Under the pieces are notes generated by a model. That model did no database searches, had not been told where the DNA came from, and saw nothing but the letters and a program-made list of their open reading frames with translations. From a virus (taxonomy: Duplodnaviria > Caudoviricetes): DNA of 64,000 bases. Location of the stretch: positions 1 through 64,000 of the IMG/VR virus record IMGVR_UViG_3300027760_000553; one strand, written 5' to 3'. This document shows, one piece after another, positions 37,943 through 47,404 of this stretch. How positions within the stretch are numbered: the stretch's first letter is position 1; every line of letters begins with the position of its first letter. The position numbers and the translations under genes were made by a program.

Positions 37943-38143
37943 TTATTTAATCCCCTTTCCAAATTTAGCCCAGACTCTTTCATGTAAGAAGTATCCAAGG
38001 GCTTCCCATCCAATATAAATAAGGGCACCAAGACTTGCGTACTCCCATTCGCCAGTAAATAAATAAATGACTCCAGCGACACCAACTAGGTGAAAGGTTT
38101 CCCAACTTGCTGTTTTAAGTAAAGTTCTTTTTGTTGATTCCAT
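37943..38143 (-). CDS. DUF2061 membrane protein
   Basis: RTLLKTASW...YFLHERVW. Confidence 0.75.
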   Translation of the reverse strand: MESTKRTLLKTASWETFHLVGVAGVIYLFTGEWEYASLGALIYIGWEALGYFLHERVWAKFGKGIK

Positions 38144-38685
38144 TACTTAACCTTGCTTAACAATGGAGCATCTTCTTCTCCAACATATACTGGACGACCC
38201 CAACCAACTACAGCATTAACTAACTTCTTCTTGTTATTCTTTACATAACCACGAGTCTTCTCTACGCACATTCCTCCGTTGCGCTGATCTCCCTTTGCAG
38301 TCCCTGAAGTGTTTCCTTCAATAACTTGGATTGTTCCATCGCCATTGTTCTTAATGCAAAGACCAACATGCGAAATACGATTTACGCCATCTTCTGGGAA
38401 ATCAAAATAGATCCAGTCTCCTGGTGTTGGATCGTCATTACGAGCATCTGCCCATCGACCCTCTTTCTTAAACTGATCTGATGCTGCTACGGTTGATGCA
38501 GACTTAGGAAATGATTTTACTCCCGCTGTAAATGCACACCATGAAACGAATGATTGGCACCATGGTTGGAAGTTAACCTTCATCCATGCACCGTACTTTG
38601 TTTCATTATCTTTAGGGCCTTCAATTGTGCCCACTTCTTTCTTTGCAACCTCAACGATTGCTTCTAGACTACCTTTTACTGACAT
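38143..38685 (-). CDS. CHAP-domain peptidoglycan hydrolase (endolysin candidate)
   Basis: PWCQSFVSWC...PGD...SHVG...IEGNT. Confidence 0.85.
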   Translation of the reverse strand: MSVKGSLEAIVEVAKKEVGTIEGPKDNETKYGAWMKVNFQPWCQSFVSWCAFTAGVKSFPKSASTVAASDQFKKEGRWADARNDDPTPGDWIYFDFPEDGVNRISHVGLCIKNNGDGTIQVIEGNTSGTAKGDQRNGGMCVEKTRGYVKNNKKKLVNAVVGWGRPVYVGEEDAPLLSKVK

Positions 38686-38714
38686 TTTATTCTCCCCTTT
38701 CCTATATAATTATA

Positions 38715-39374
38715 TCAAACTTTGTTTAAATCTTCAAGGTATCTTGTATTAAAGCGATTGGCCCAGAAAGACTGATAAACAGTACCTTGGTCTCCATTGT
38801 CCTTTTTAATGGTTAGATGTGGGTGCTTATTTATTAAATAATTTATTTGACCTAGTTTTGGCTCTTGAAATCTTGTATCGACATACTGATATAAAGTATT
38901 CGGATTTTCAGCAATGTAATTTTTTACTTCTTTATCTAGATTAATAGGCCCATCATACTGCTGATTATCTGAACAAGTCCAATAAAACTTTATATCTTTA
39001 AACTTATTTTCAAGTTCTACTAAACTATTAATAAAGTCTTCAAAAATAAAATCAGAATTTTGTACTTCTGAAAACAAAATAAAAATAACATCTGGAGAAT
39101 ATTCAGCAAAATATTCTTTTGCATTTTTTATAACATTTTTATAGTATATATCTTTATCATCTAATGCAAAAAAATCAGAAACTAAAGTATGCTTTCTTAG
39201 TAGTTTGTCTAGTCTAAATGGCCAAACATTTTTAAAAGTTTCATCGTCATGCATTAGATCTGAAGATCCAAAATATACTACATGTAGTTTACTATCATGA
39301 TCCTTTTTAAATTCTTCACACATATAGCCATGAGTATTTTTTGTTCCATCATATTTGCTTAATACTTCTGTCAT
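38715..39374 (-). CDS. Degenerate SGNH-like hypothetical protein
   Basis: N..GY...F...HVVYFGSS; weak similarity to 27814. Confidence 0.4.
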   Translation of the reverse strand: MTEVLSKYDGTKNTHGYMCEEFKKDHDSKLHVVYFGSSDLMHDDETFKNVWPFRLDKLLRKHTLVSDFFALDDKDIYYKNVIKNAKEYFAEYSPDVIFILFSEVQNSDFIFEDFINSLVELENKFKDIKFYWTCSDNQQYDGPINLDKEVKNYIAENPNTLYQYVDTRFQEPKLGQINYLINKHPHLTIKKDNGDQGTVYQSFWANRFNTRYLEDLNKV

Positions 39375-40810
39375 TTATTATAATCCATTCCTGTTAAAAT
39401 TTTAAAGTCGTATTCTTTTTCCCAATTTAAAATATCGTTGTTATCGTTTAATAAAGGTTGACCCTTAATATTCAGACTTGTATTCAATAATAATGGTACA
39501 CCTGTTTTAAGATAAAACTTATTAATAGTCCTCCACAAACCTCTATGCTGATGCTTGTTTACGGTTTGCACCCTAGATGTACCGTCAGCATGGACTACAG
39601 ATGGAATCTTTTCTGGTTGTAAACATTTAACTGTGTACTGCATATAAGGGCTTGCAAAGTCCATATCAAACCACTCAGAAGCACACTCCTCCATAACTAC
39701 TGGAGCAAATGGTCTAAACAACTCTCTTTGTTTAATTAAATTAACTTTATCTTTAATGTTTGGATCTCTTGGATCTGCAAGAATACTTCTATTTCCTAAT
39801 GCTCTTGGACCGTATTCTGCTCTACCTGATGCTACTGCCACAATTCCATCTTTTAATATACCGTCCACAATTTGCTGAACAGGATACTCTCCACCAAGAT
39901 CGTACCCCAAGTATGGATCTTTCCACTCAATATGTTTTCCATATAGTGCTGCTGCTGCTCCCAAAGAACTTCCAGCATCTCCAGGGTTAGGCATGATCCA
40001 AATCATATCAAATATCTTCCAAAGTAAAGTATTTGCAGAAGAGTTTAACGCACATCCACCCATAAAAACCAAATTCTTTTTACCAGTCATTCTTTGTGCC
40101 ATACGCATAAAATCGTTAAGCCTTTGCTCGTATACCATTTGTACTGACGCTGCTATGTCAAATTTATCTTCTTCTGAAACCCATCCCCAGTCAGTAATTC
40201 CCTTATGAAGGTTATATTTTTGTTGATCGTAATGTGGAAAATATTCATCTACCTTTTTGTAATACTTTGTCCAGTCTCCGTATGCTGCCATACCCATCAT
40301 AATATATTCTTCTTGGTTTGGCATAAGTCCAATCAACTGCGTGAAGGCTGAATAAAATAATCCAAAACTGACTGGATAGTTTTGCTTGTATTTTAACTTA
40401 ATTTTATTTCCTTCACCTGTCCAAATTGTAGAAGTATTGTATTCTCCAATAGCATCTAGGACCACAATCACGGCATCATTAAAGTCACTGGTGTAGTAAC
40501 CTGCTGCTGCATGGGAATAGTGATGACTAAAAGATTTTCTTGGAATACCAGGAAGTTCAAACCTTGGCTTCCATTCCCCAGATCCACCCCTTAAAGCCAG
40601 TCTGGAGGCCTTTAGGAGGGGCTTTTCGTAGTAAGCAATGTGATCTGGTCTGCCGTACTGTAAAGCATCTTTTATTAAACTATCATTCACATACCAATCA
40701 TTTTTTTGCTTACTATATCTTTCAGCATGCCCTGCAAATAATATTTTTTCATCTTTAATTAAGGATACAGAAGCATCATGCGATGTTTCATTTATTCCAA
40801 GAACTATCAT
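39371..40810 (-). CDS. Carbamoyltransferase (NodU/CmcH family)
   Basis: SHDAS, HHYSHAA, GGCALN, EYGPRALGNRS, FRPFAP, LLNTSLN. Confidence 0.92.
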   Translation of the reverse strand: MIVLGINETSHDASVSLIKDEKILFAGHAERYSKQKNDWYVNDSLIKDALQYGRPDHIAYYEKPLLKASRLALRGGSGEWKPRFELPGIPRKSFSHHYSHAAAGYYTSDFNDAVIVVLDAIGEYNTSTIWTGEGNKIKLKYKQNYPVSFGLFYSAFTQLIGLMPNQEEYIMMGMAAYGDWTKYYKKVDEYFPHYDQQKYNLHKGITDWGWVSEEDKFDIAASVQMVYEQRLNDFMRMAQRMTGKKNLVFMGGCALNSSANTLLWKIFDMIWIMPNPGDAGSSLGAAAALYGKHIEWKDPYLGYDLGGEYPVQQIVDGILKDGIVAVASGRAEYGPRALGNRSILADPRDPNIKDKVNLIKQRELFRPFAPVVMEECASEWFDMDFASPYMQYTVKCLQPEKIPSVVHADGTSRVQTVNKHQHRGLWRTINKFYLKTGVPLLLNTSLNIKGQPLLNDNNDILNWEKEYDFKILTGMDYNK

Positions 40811-41514
40811 TCTTCACCATTGGATAATCTTTTAGTGTCAAAATCAATATTGTGATACCAGTTTGGCAGAGCATATCTTGGACCTTTTGTAACTGGATAC
40901 ACCTCATGAACATATAAAAAATTTGAAGGGAAAAACAAAATACTACCAGCAGCAGGTTTAAACTTAATTCCTGAATGTTTAAATTCTATTTCTCCACCTT
41001 CATAATCATCATTGAGGTAAAGCAGCACGGATAAAACACGACTGCTGACACCCTGATCTTGATGGGCTGGAAGATGTCCACTTTCATCATATTTTAATAG
41101 ATGCATTGTGTGTTCTCTAGACTTAATGTTTTTTTCTGCAAATGGATAAATTGCAGTTGAGTAGTGCTTTAATGTTGAATCTAACGCCCCAAATAATTCA
41201 GAAGATATACTTAACTGTTCATTAAAGTATGGGTCACAACTAGAAATATCTTTTACCTGTGGAATAAGTTTTTGCCAACAAAACATAAGTTCATTTGAGC
41301 CATTGTTATACGTCCACTTTGTCCAAGGACCCACACACGTATCTTCCAACTGACCATCTTCAACATACATTTTGTCTAGATTTTCTATTTTTTCTATAAT
41401 TGATTTAGGATCTTTAATTACATCTTTATAATAAACTAATCCTAAATCTAATATCTCAAAATTAAAGTTTTGCAAGATGGTACTCCCTTGCCATCCATTT
41501 AGGATTTTTTTCAC
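40807..41514 (-). CDS. Prolyl 4-hydroxylase-like 2OG-Fe(II) oxygenase
   Basis: AHQD...YLNDDYEGGEIEF...VHEV.PVTKG.RY. Confidence 0.85.
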   Translation of the reverse strand: MKKILNGWQGSTILQNFNFEILDLGLVYYKDVIKDPKSIIEKIENLDKMYVEDGQLEDTCVGPWTKWTYNNGSNELMFCWQKLIPQVKDISSCDPYFNEQLSISSELFGALDSTLKHYSTAIYPFAEKNIKSREHTMHLLKYDESGHLPAHQDQGVSSRVLSVLLYLNDDYEGGEIEFKHSGIKFKPAAGSILFFPSNFLYVHEVYPVTKGPRYALPNWYHNIDFDTKRLSNGEE

Positions 41515-42064
41515 CTATCATAAAGTCTGGATCTGCATGTTTTGGCAAACTTGTATGCATGTATAGGCCAGTAAATCTATGACCGCTTGTTACTTCTGTA
41601 ATGCCATGAATATATTCACTTCCAGAACTTGGAAAAAATACTGCAGAATATTGCTTTGGTTGATACTCAAATCCTTGATTTGGGAAATAAATTTTTCCTC
41701 CAGTGTATTCAGATTCATGGTTTAAATACATTATTGTGCTCCACTCAATAAAAGGTTCTGGGCCTTGAGCGTCTAAATGCAACTCTCCCTTAGTGCCCTC
41801 TGTCCAATGTGAACCAAATGATTTGTATACATATATTGGGTTTAAAAAACCATTGTCTTGTCTGTGTACCTCATTTGAAATGTTTCCATACCTAACCATT
41901 ATATCCATAACTATTTTATTATATGGTAATGATGTTCCTCCATATCTTTGTGCATAGTATGCGGGATAAGGATTTCTTTCTGCAAATGGATCTGTCTGCT
42001 GATCGATCAAAGTCTTTGCGTCTTCTGGACTAATAAAGTTTTCTATTATTTTTATTCTGTGCAT
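41462..42064 (-). CDS. Prolyl 4-hydroxylase-like 2OG-Fe(II) oxygenase
   Basis: LHLD...YLN...GG.IYF...IHGITEVTSG.R. Confidence 0.85.
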   Translation of the reverse strand: MHRIKIIENFISPEDAKTLIDQQTDPFAERNPYPAYYAQRYGGTSLPYNKIVMDIMVRYGNISNEVHRQDNGFLNPIYVYKSFGSHWTEGTKGELHLDAQGPEPFIEWSTIMYLNHESEYTGGKIYFPNQGFEYQPKQYSAVFFPSSGSEYIHGITEVTSGHRFTGLYMHTSLPKHADPDFMIGEKNPKWMAREYHLAKL

Positions 42065-42924
42065 TTTTCCTCCTCAACCATTATATCATTTATGTGATAT
42101 ATAGAATTATAGCCGTTATGAAATCTTCCAGTTCCCTTTCGATCTAGATTAAAGTCCTGGGTCCTAAACTTATACTCAACATCATTGGTTTCAAATTTCA
42201 TTATTTTTAAATTTTCAATAATAATATTATGAATACTGTTAAACCTTTTTGCAACATCTGTATTAAAATATTTATATATTTTTTTATAATTATGGTTTTC
42301 AGAATATGGCAAATAATCTATTTTTAATTTTGCCTTATTAATATAAACCTTATCTCCAAGAGAAAATATTTTAGTATTATCTTTTATTAAAGTTAGGCTT
42401 AACAATAGATCCTGTCCATATTTTTTTAAAGATTGGTTGTTAAATTCAAACATACTTGAAATATTTTTTTTATCTATTGCAATAAAATCCATATCTATCC
42501 AGTTAGTCTCAAAAACAAAATTGCTACAATCTCCTAAATTTTTTACATAAAAGCCATCAGTGATTAACTTTGCTTCTTTGTTTCCAGAAAAAACAACATT
42601 TGGAATATTTGTAAAATTATCAACCAGATAAAGGTCCCAGTCTTTTTTTAATTCTACTGAATCCGAAACCTCAACATAGTAGTCGTAATCCTTTTTTATT
42701 ATATCTTTTCTATATTCTGTAATTGGAAAATAAGAGTCCCAATATATATGACTATATTTTACTGAGGGTATATTTTTAAAATATGCCGTCCTGTCTATAT
42801 TATTTTGGTCATATACATAAAGTCTTATTCTATTTTTATTGCTATATGAGTCTACCATATTTGCAACAATATCAATTAAGTTATTATTTTTATAAGAATA
42901 TAAAAATATTACTATTTCTTTCAT
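42052..42924 (-). CDS. Glycosyltransferase-like protein (GT-A, GT60/Gnt1-like)
   Basis: IVIFLYSYK...RIRLYVYDQ and DYYVEVSDSVELKKDWDLYLV resemble GT60 motifs; the DxH position is altered. Confidence 0.45.
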   Translation of the reverse strand: MKEIVIFLYSYKNNNLIDIVANMVDSYSNKNRIRLYVYDQNNIDRTAYFKNIPSVKYSHIYWDSYFPITEYRKDIIKKDYDYYVEVSDSVELKKDWDLYLVDNFTNIPNVVFSGNKEAKLITDGFYVKNLGDCSNFVFETNWIDMDFIAIDKKNISSMFEFNNQSLKKYGQDLLLSLTLIKDNTKIFSLGDKVYINKAKLKIDYLPYSENHNYKKIYKYFNTDVAKRFNSIHNIIIENLKIMKFETNDVEYKFRTQDFNLDRKGTGRFHNGYNSIYHINDIMVEEEKCTE

Positions 42925-43583
42925 TATGCCAATGGAATGTAGTGTTGTTCTTCTGCTTTTTCAATAAATCTTAAAGGAATTATATCGTAAGCAACGGTAA
43001 TTCTTGGACCATCCCAGTCCCAATTTCCTTGTGCATGTGGGTGCCCCATCTCAGAAATAATTAATCTGTTGTCAATATTCTTATTTTCAAAAATAAGTTC
43101 TTCTTTATTTTCTATTTTATAGAATGTTGATGATGGCTCTGCCTTAACACAGTAGTATCCATGAAAGTTTGGTGCCCAAGGTCCACCGTGATCGTGCCAG
43201 TCAAGTTTACCAACCTTTGAGTGATTTATATTAAACCAACCCTGAATCATATATTTTTCTTTTGCGAAGTCTATTCCGTAATATTCACAGGCTTCTTTTA
43301 CTAAATCCCTAACTCCAACATAAAGGTTGTATATTTCTTCGCTGTGAAACTGAAAAACATTATACTCTCTCCACTTTACTGTAGAAATACTTCCAGACTC
43401 AAGCCAGTATTCTTGTTTCTCTGAATGCAATTTTGATACGCCAAAAACCTCACCCTGCTCAATTTGATCATATTTCTTATGCAAGAATTTAGACATCTTG
43501 TCTAGATCATTATTTAAAAACTTTTCAAAAAACTTATGAGGCTTATTGTATAGTTTTGGTATGTTGTAAAAGTCGTGATTCAT
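42924..43583 (-). CDS. 2OG-Fe(II) oxygenase-like protein
   Basis: WFNIN...WHDH...FHGYY...HPH...RITVAYD. Confidence 0.7.
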   Translation of the reverse strand: MNHDFYNIPKLYNKPHKFFEKFLNNDLDKMSKFLHKKYDQIEQGEVFGVSKLHSEKQEYWLESGSISTVKWREYNVFQFHSEEIYNLYVGVRDLVKEACEYYGIDFAKEKYMIQGWFNINHSKVGKLDWHDHGGPWAPNFHGYYCVKAEPSSTFYKIENKEELIFENKNIDNRLIISEMGHPHAQGNWDWDGPRITVAYDIIPLRFIEKAEEQHYIPLA

Positions 43584-43603
43584 TTTTCTCCCTTTAGTTT
43601 TTC

Positions 43604-44335
43604 TTAATATCTCTTTTTATTCCATGCAAACTTTTTATAGTGTGCAGTAATATGTGATCTTCTTTGTTCTTCTAAAATCTTATGTTTTTCATAAGACTCC
43701 TTTGACATATCTATGTCGATTTCCCAATCATCTCTCTTGATTGGTATCATTTGCATTATTGGTGTCCCCTGCTCTATTGTACCAAAAAAGTCTCTTTTTA
43801 GAAAAAATGGTATAAATACTGGAAGACCCCAAACATCTGCATCTACAATTCCAGATGGTACATAGAATGGCAAGTCAAAACGGTTGAGTGGGTGAGTGAT
43901 TAGTATTGAGTATCCTGGTGGTGTTTCATAGTACCAGTTCATTTTAAACCCAAAATGTATGGGGTGGCAATCTTTTGGTATTGCCATATCAACATTAAAT
44001 CTTTTATCTATAATTGGAATATCTTTTTTCCATGACACAACTGGCATATTGTCATTATCAAAATCAACATGTACGTCATCCTCTAATCTGTAAATGTACC
44101 CAGCAGTCATTGAGTCTAAGAATGGTACACAAAGTTTTGTTGAAACATCTGAGCCATCAGAGCCACGATCATTAATTGGAAAGAGGTTTTTCATATCATT
44201 GCTAGTTCCATATTTGTAACCAACAAGATCTTTATACCAATCTGGAATCATCCTACTTGCACTTACTGGCTCTACCAACATATCTATAAATTTAGGATCA
44301 TTTGATGCTGGAACAAACTTTACCTTATTAGTCAT
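43604..44335 (-). CDS. DUF6065-like protein
   Basis: CVPFLD...TPPGYSILITHPLNR...SGIVDAD...GTPIMQMIP. Confidence 0.55.
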   Translation of the reverse strand: MTNKVKFVPASNDPKFIDMLVEPVSASRMIPDWYKDLVGYKYGTSNDMKNLFPINDRGSDGSDVSTKLCVPFLDSMTAGYIYRLEDDVHVDFDNDNMPVVSWKKDIPIIDKRFNVDMAIPKDCHPIHFGFKMNWYYETPPGYSILITHPLNRFDLPFYVPSGIVDADVWGLPVFIPFFLKRDFFGTIEQGTPIMQMIPIKRDDWEIDIDMSKESYEKHKILEEQRRSHITAHYKKFAWNKKRY

Positions 44336-44990
44336 TATATTCTTTCTTTATTTGCTCAATTGTTTCTGAATCTTTTATAATTATATCACATATAGGAGTT
44401 CCTGTGTCTATAATGCCGTATCTTTCATCTTTCATGTGCTTACCACTTTTATTGATAAAAAAATGTATCCATTTTGTATCTAGTATGTGTTTTGAAAAAT
44501 CAACCTTATTGAAATAAACAGTATCTGTTATTAAATTAAATACAGTTTCATCACCAAAATTATTTGATATTTTGCATTCAATATCTTTATTTATTAACCA
44601 TGGAAGATAAAACTTATACAAGGCATTAAAACTAATATCTTGCTTATCGTAGGCGAGTTCCGATGGGTAGAACTGTCTTTGCCAACATTTGTCAAGTGCA
44701 TAGAGTCCATTGTACTTTGGTTCAACCCAAATTTCGGCGTGAGTTTTTTGACGCAAAACAACATGATCATCATTAACAATTAACTCTGGTTTATTATGAA
44801 ATATTTCTGCATACCTATTTACTGGAACTAAAAATTTATTAATGTAACTTTGATCAAACACATGACCAGAGACTCCCCACTCTGGATAAAGTCTACTACC
44901 TATAACCAAATCAGAAAAACTTTTGTTAGCAGAATTAATCCAATACTCAGAACCAACTATGCCATTTTTGGATAAATCATCATTTGGCAT
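44328..44990 (-). CDS. Hypothetical protein
   Basis: ORF track. Confidence 0.55.
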   Translation of the reverse strand: MPNDDLSKNGIVGSEYWINSANKSFSDLVIGSRLYPEWGVSGHVFDQSYINKFLVPVNRYAEIFHNKPELIVNDDHVVLRQKTHAEIWVEPKYNGLYALDKCWQRQFYPSELAYDKQDISFNALYKFYLPWLINKDIECKISNNFGDETVFNLITDTVYFNKVDFSKHILDTKWIHFFINKSGKHMKDERYGIIDTGTPICDIIIKDSETIEQIKKEYND

Positions 44991-45716
44991 TTAATTATCC
45001 TTAATAATAAAGTTACTAACAACAAGAACTATCCTTGTGTTATCATTTATTTGTTTTATTTTATCATGGTTTGCTACAAAATCTATATCACCAATCACAG
45101 AAAACTCTGTAGGCAGTGTCATGTTGCAGCAAATTGCAATCTGCTTTTTTACTTTTTCAAAATTATAATTTTTAATTAAATAATCAAGTACTTCCATAAG
45201 ATTATCCGCATATAGTGGTGTTACAAATGACCCTGCAGTATCCTTATGTTTCTTTAAGTTTTCTATAACTGTATGGATACCATGCGATATAGTGATATCT
45301 CCACCAACAAAGCCACTAATTACATAGGCATTAAGGAATGCGTTTGGTCCAGGTACAACCACATACTCAAAGTTATTTTTAATGCATTCCTGAATAAACT
45401 GACTTCCTGGATCTGCAACCCCAATTAGACCTTCTGATGCTACAAGCAATACTGTTTTTCCAGATTCAATATATTCTTTGAAAAGTTTGATTTGATCTGG
45501 ATCAGCATATGTTGAATCTTTGCTTTTTAAAACAACTATGTCTTTTTTAATTTTAAGTTGTTTTATTATGTTTATAGCATTAATCTCTGAATCATCACTA
45601 AAAATAACATCTGAACTAACAAAATAGTCTAGCATTCTTTGAGACATATCGGAAATATTACCAATATGCATTGATCCAACAATTAATTTACCACTCTTTG
45701 CTGAGGTGGCAGGCAT
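44991..45716 (-). CDS. rsmI: RsmI-like tetrapyrrole-methylase-family methyltransferase
   Basis: GKLIVG...IGN..D.S.R; ASEG...ADPG; VVVPGPNA; start codon uncertain. Confidence 0.7.
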   Translation of the reverse strand: MPATSAKSGKLIVGSMHIGNISDMSQRMLDYFVSSDVIFSDDSEINAINIIKQLKIKKDIVVLKSKDSTYADPDQIKLFKEYIESGKTVLLVASEGLIGVADPGSQFIQECIKNNFEYVVVPGPNAFLNAYVISGFVGGDITISHGIHTVIENLKKHKDTAGSFVTPLYADNLMEVLDYLIKNYNFEKVKKQIAICCNMTLPTEFSVIGDIDFVANHDKIKQINDNTRIVLVVSNFIIKDN

Positions 45717-45773
45717 CGATCCTGCGACATCCGAATTAACAGTTCGGCACTCTACCATCTGAGTTACACCCCA
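45701..45773 (-). tRNA. tRNA-Asn(GTT)
   Basis: Acceptor TGGGGTG/CACCTCA; anticodon arm CCGAA-CTGTTAA-TTCGG; atypical T loop ATCGATG. Confidence 0.85.
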
Positions 45774-45780
45774 AAACCTT

Positions 45781-46566
45781 TTATGCTGTTACTTTTACTG
45801 GCTTGCCAATAATAGATCCCACAGAAACATATTGTGCTGCAACAGATGCTGTAGCAGAAGATGTTGTTAGTGGAATAGTCTTAAACAGTGTTGATGAAAA
45901 GTTGTCACCAATCAAAGGTAGTCTGACAAGATTTGCAGAGTATTTAACTGATGTTGAATCAGCAAAACCTGGTGTAGTTACAGCATTGACTGATGAAAGA
46001 CACGCTGGATAGTCAATCTTTGTGCTTCCAAATGTATTTCCTGCTGAGGCAAATACTTGAATTCCCTTAGAGTTAAGAGAACTAATTAAGGATTTAATCA
46101 TTGCATCTGCAGCATCAACTGTGTATGGTGCAGAAGATGATGGCATGCATGGCTTTGATGGACTATTAAAGTATCTTGAAAATGATACTGCACCAATATT
46201 TTGAGAATTACTATCTACCCATTTTAAAGCCTCAATAAACATTACTGGTGTTACATCTGCAACAGACTTTGAACTTGCTGGTGCTGATCTAAGAGCAATA
46301 ATTTTAATACTTGGGTTTTGACGCTTTGCAACTTCAACCATTGCATTGCCATGATTAATGTTATTTCCAATACTTGAATTTGTAATAGTAACAACATCTG
46401 TGCATGAAGATTTTGTTTCTACAACAATGCATGAAACATTTAAACCCGAAACCTTAGAATCAAAATAACTATCAATAATGACAAGTGACTTTGAGTCTGC
46501 TCCATTTGCTTGAACTGGTACTACAACTGAAAATAATACTACTGCTAGTGCTACGATCTTTTTCAT
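45781..46566 (-). CDS. Secreted subtilisin-like (S8) peptidase
   Basis: Signal peptide; IIDS, HGN, ASAGN, YPAC, TSSA motifs. Confidence 0.65.
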   Translation of the reverse strand: MKKIVALAVVLFSVVVPVQANGADSKSLVIIDSYFDSKVSGLNVSCIVVETKSSCTDVVTITNSSIGNNINHGNAMVEVAKRQNPSIKIIALRSAPASSKSVADVTPVMFIEALKWVDSNSQNIGAVSFSRYFNSPSKPCMPSSSAPYTVDAADAMIKSLISSLNSKGIQVFASAGNTFGSTKIDYPACLSSVNAVTTPGFADSTSVKYSANLVRLPLIGDNFSSTLFKTIPLTTSSATASVAAQYVSVGSIIGKPVKVTA

Positions 46567-46583
46567 TTTATTCCTTTTCATTT

Positions 46584-46787
46584 TTACGATATCATCAATC
46601 TGACGACATGTTGGCATGGGTCGCCACCTGCTTCCCATTCTTCTGCTTCTTCTTCACCTATGTATTCATATCCACCATCATGGGTATTGCAATATGGTGG
46701 TGTTACCCAACCACGATCAATACCGTTTGACAACCAGATACCAAATTCTTGTTCTTCAGGTGACAAATCATCGTGTGTGTGATTCAT
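46584..46787 (-). CDS. Hypothetical protein
   Basis: CNTHDG...GGDPC; leaderless start. Confidence 0.55.
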   Translation of the reverse strand: MNHTHDDLSPEEQEFGIWLSNGIDRGWVTPPYCNTHDGGYEYIGEEEAEEWEAGGDPCQHVVRLMIS

Positions 46788-46802
46788 ACTTTAAGTATAC
46801 TC

Positions 46803-47327
46803 CTAGATACTAACTACATCAACTGGCCCCATACATGATGGGTTAAATTTAATTGCAGCATTTACTGCTTGTACTACTCTATTTCTTGCATTTTTTTGTT
46901 TATCTGTTGCATATAAAACACCGTAAGCATATTCTGCTCCAGAACCCATAGCAAGATATGGAAGTGTGTATTTAGATAAAGACATATCTGCAGAACTGTG
47001 TTCATATATGTTTCCACGAACTGCAATGATCAAACCAAGGTCTCCATCTTTAGATGTGTCAACCCAGAACTCATTGTAGAATTCACGAAGTTCTTTGATA
47101 AATTTTGTTTGCATGTGCTTGTCAGTATCTTTTAAGATTGGAGCAGTTGGTTTAAAGTTGTAACGAATTCTTTCTCCGTCCATTGCACCAGCATATCCAA
47201 TTAAGTATGGACCTATCTTCCAAACCTTTGGTGCTTCAAGTGCTAGAATGGTACCATCATCTGATGCTCCACGATCTCCAGCCATATAAATTTTATCTTC
47301 ATGTCGTACAACTGCAATACAAGTCAT
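46803..47327 (-). CDS. Ntn-hydrolase (proteasome beta/HslV-like) peptidase
   Basis: N-terminal MTCI, AGD, AMGSG. Confidence 0.75.
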   Translation of the reverse strand: MTCIAVVRHEDKIYMAGDRGASDDGTILALEAPKVWKIGPYLIGYAGAMDGERIRYNFKPTAPILKDTDKHMQTKFIKELREFYNEFWVDTSKDGDLGLIIAVRGNIYEHSSADMSLSKYTLPYLAMGSGAEYAYGVLYATDKQKNARNRVVQAVNAAIKFNPSCMGPVDVVSI

Positions 47328-47404
47328 TACAAAGCCCTCTCCAGATAGGTGATACTCAAGTATACCATTTTCCAGAGAGGGCTGTCAATTAGGGGTAATA
47401 ATGA

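Noticed and set aside
45717-45758. ORF-track N-terminal extension of rsmI (MVECRTVNS...)
   Set aside because: It is the tRNA-Asn sequence read in frame
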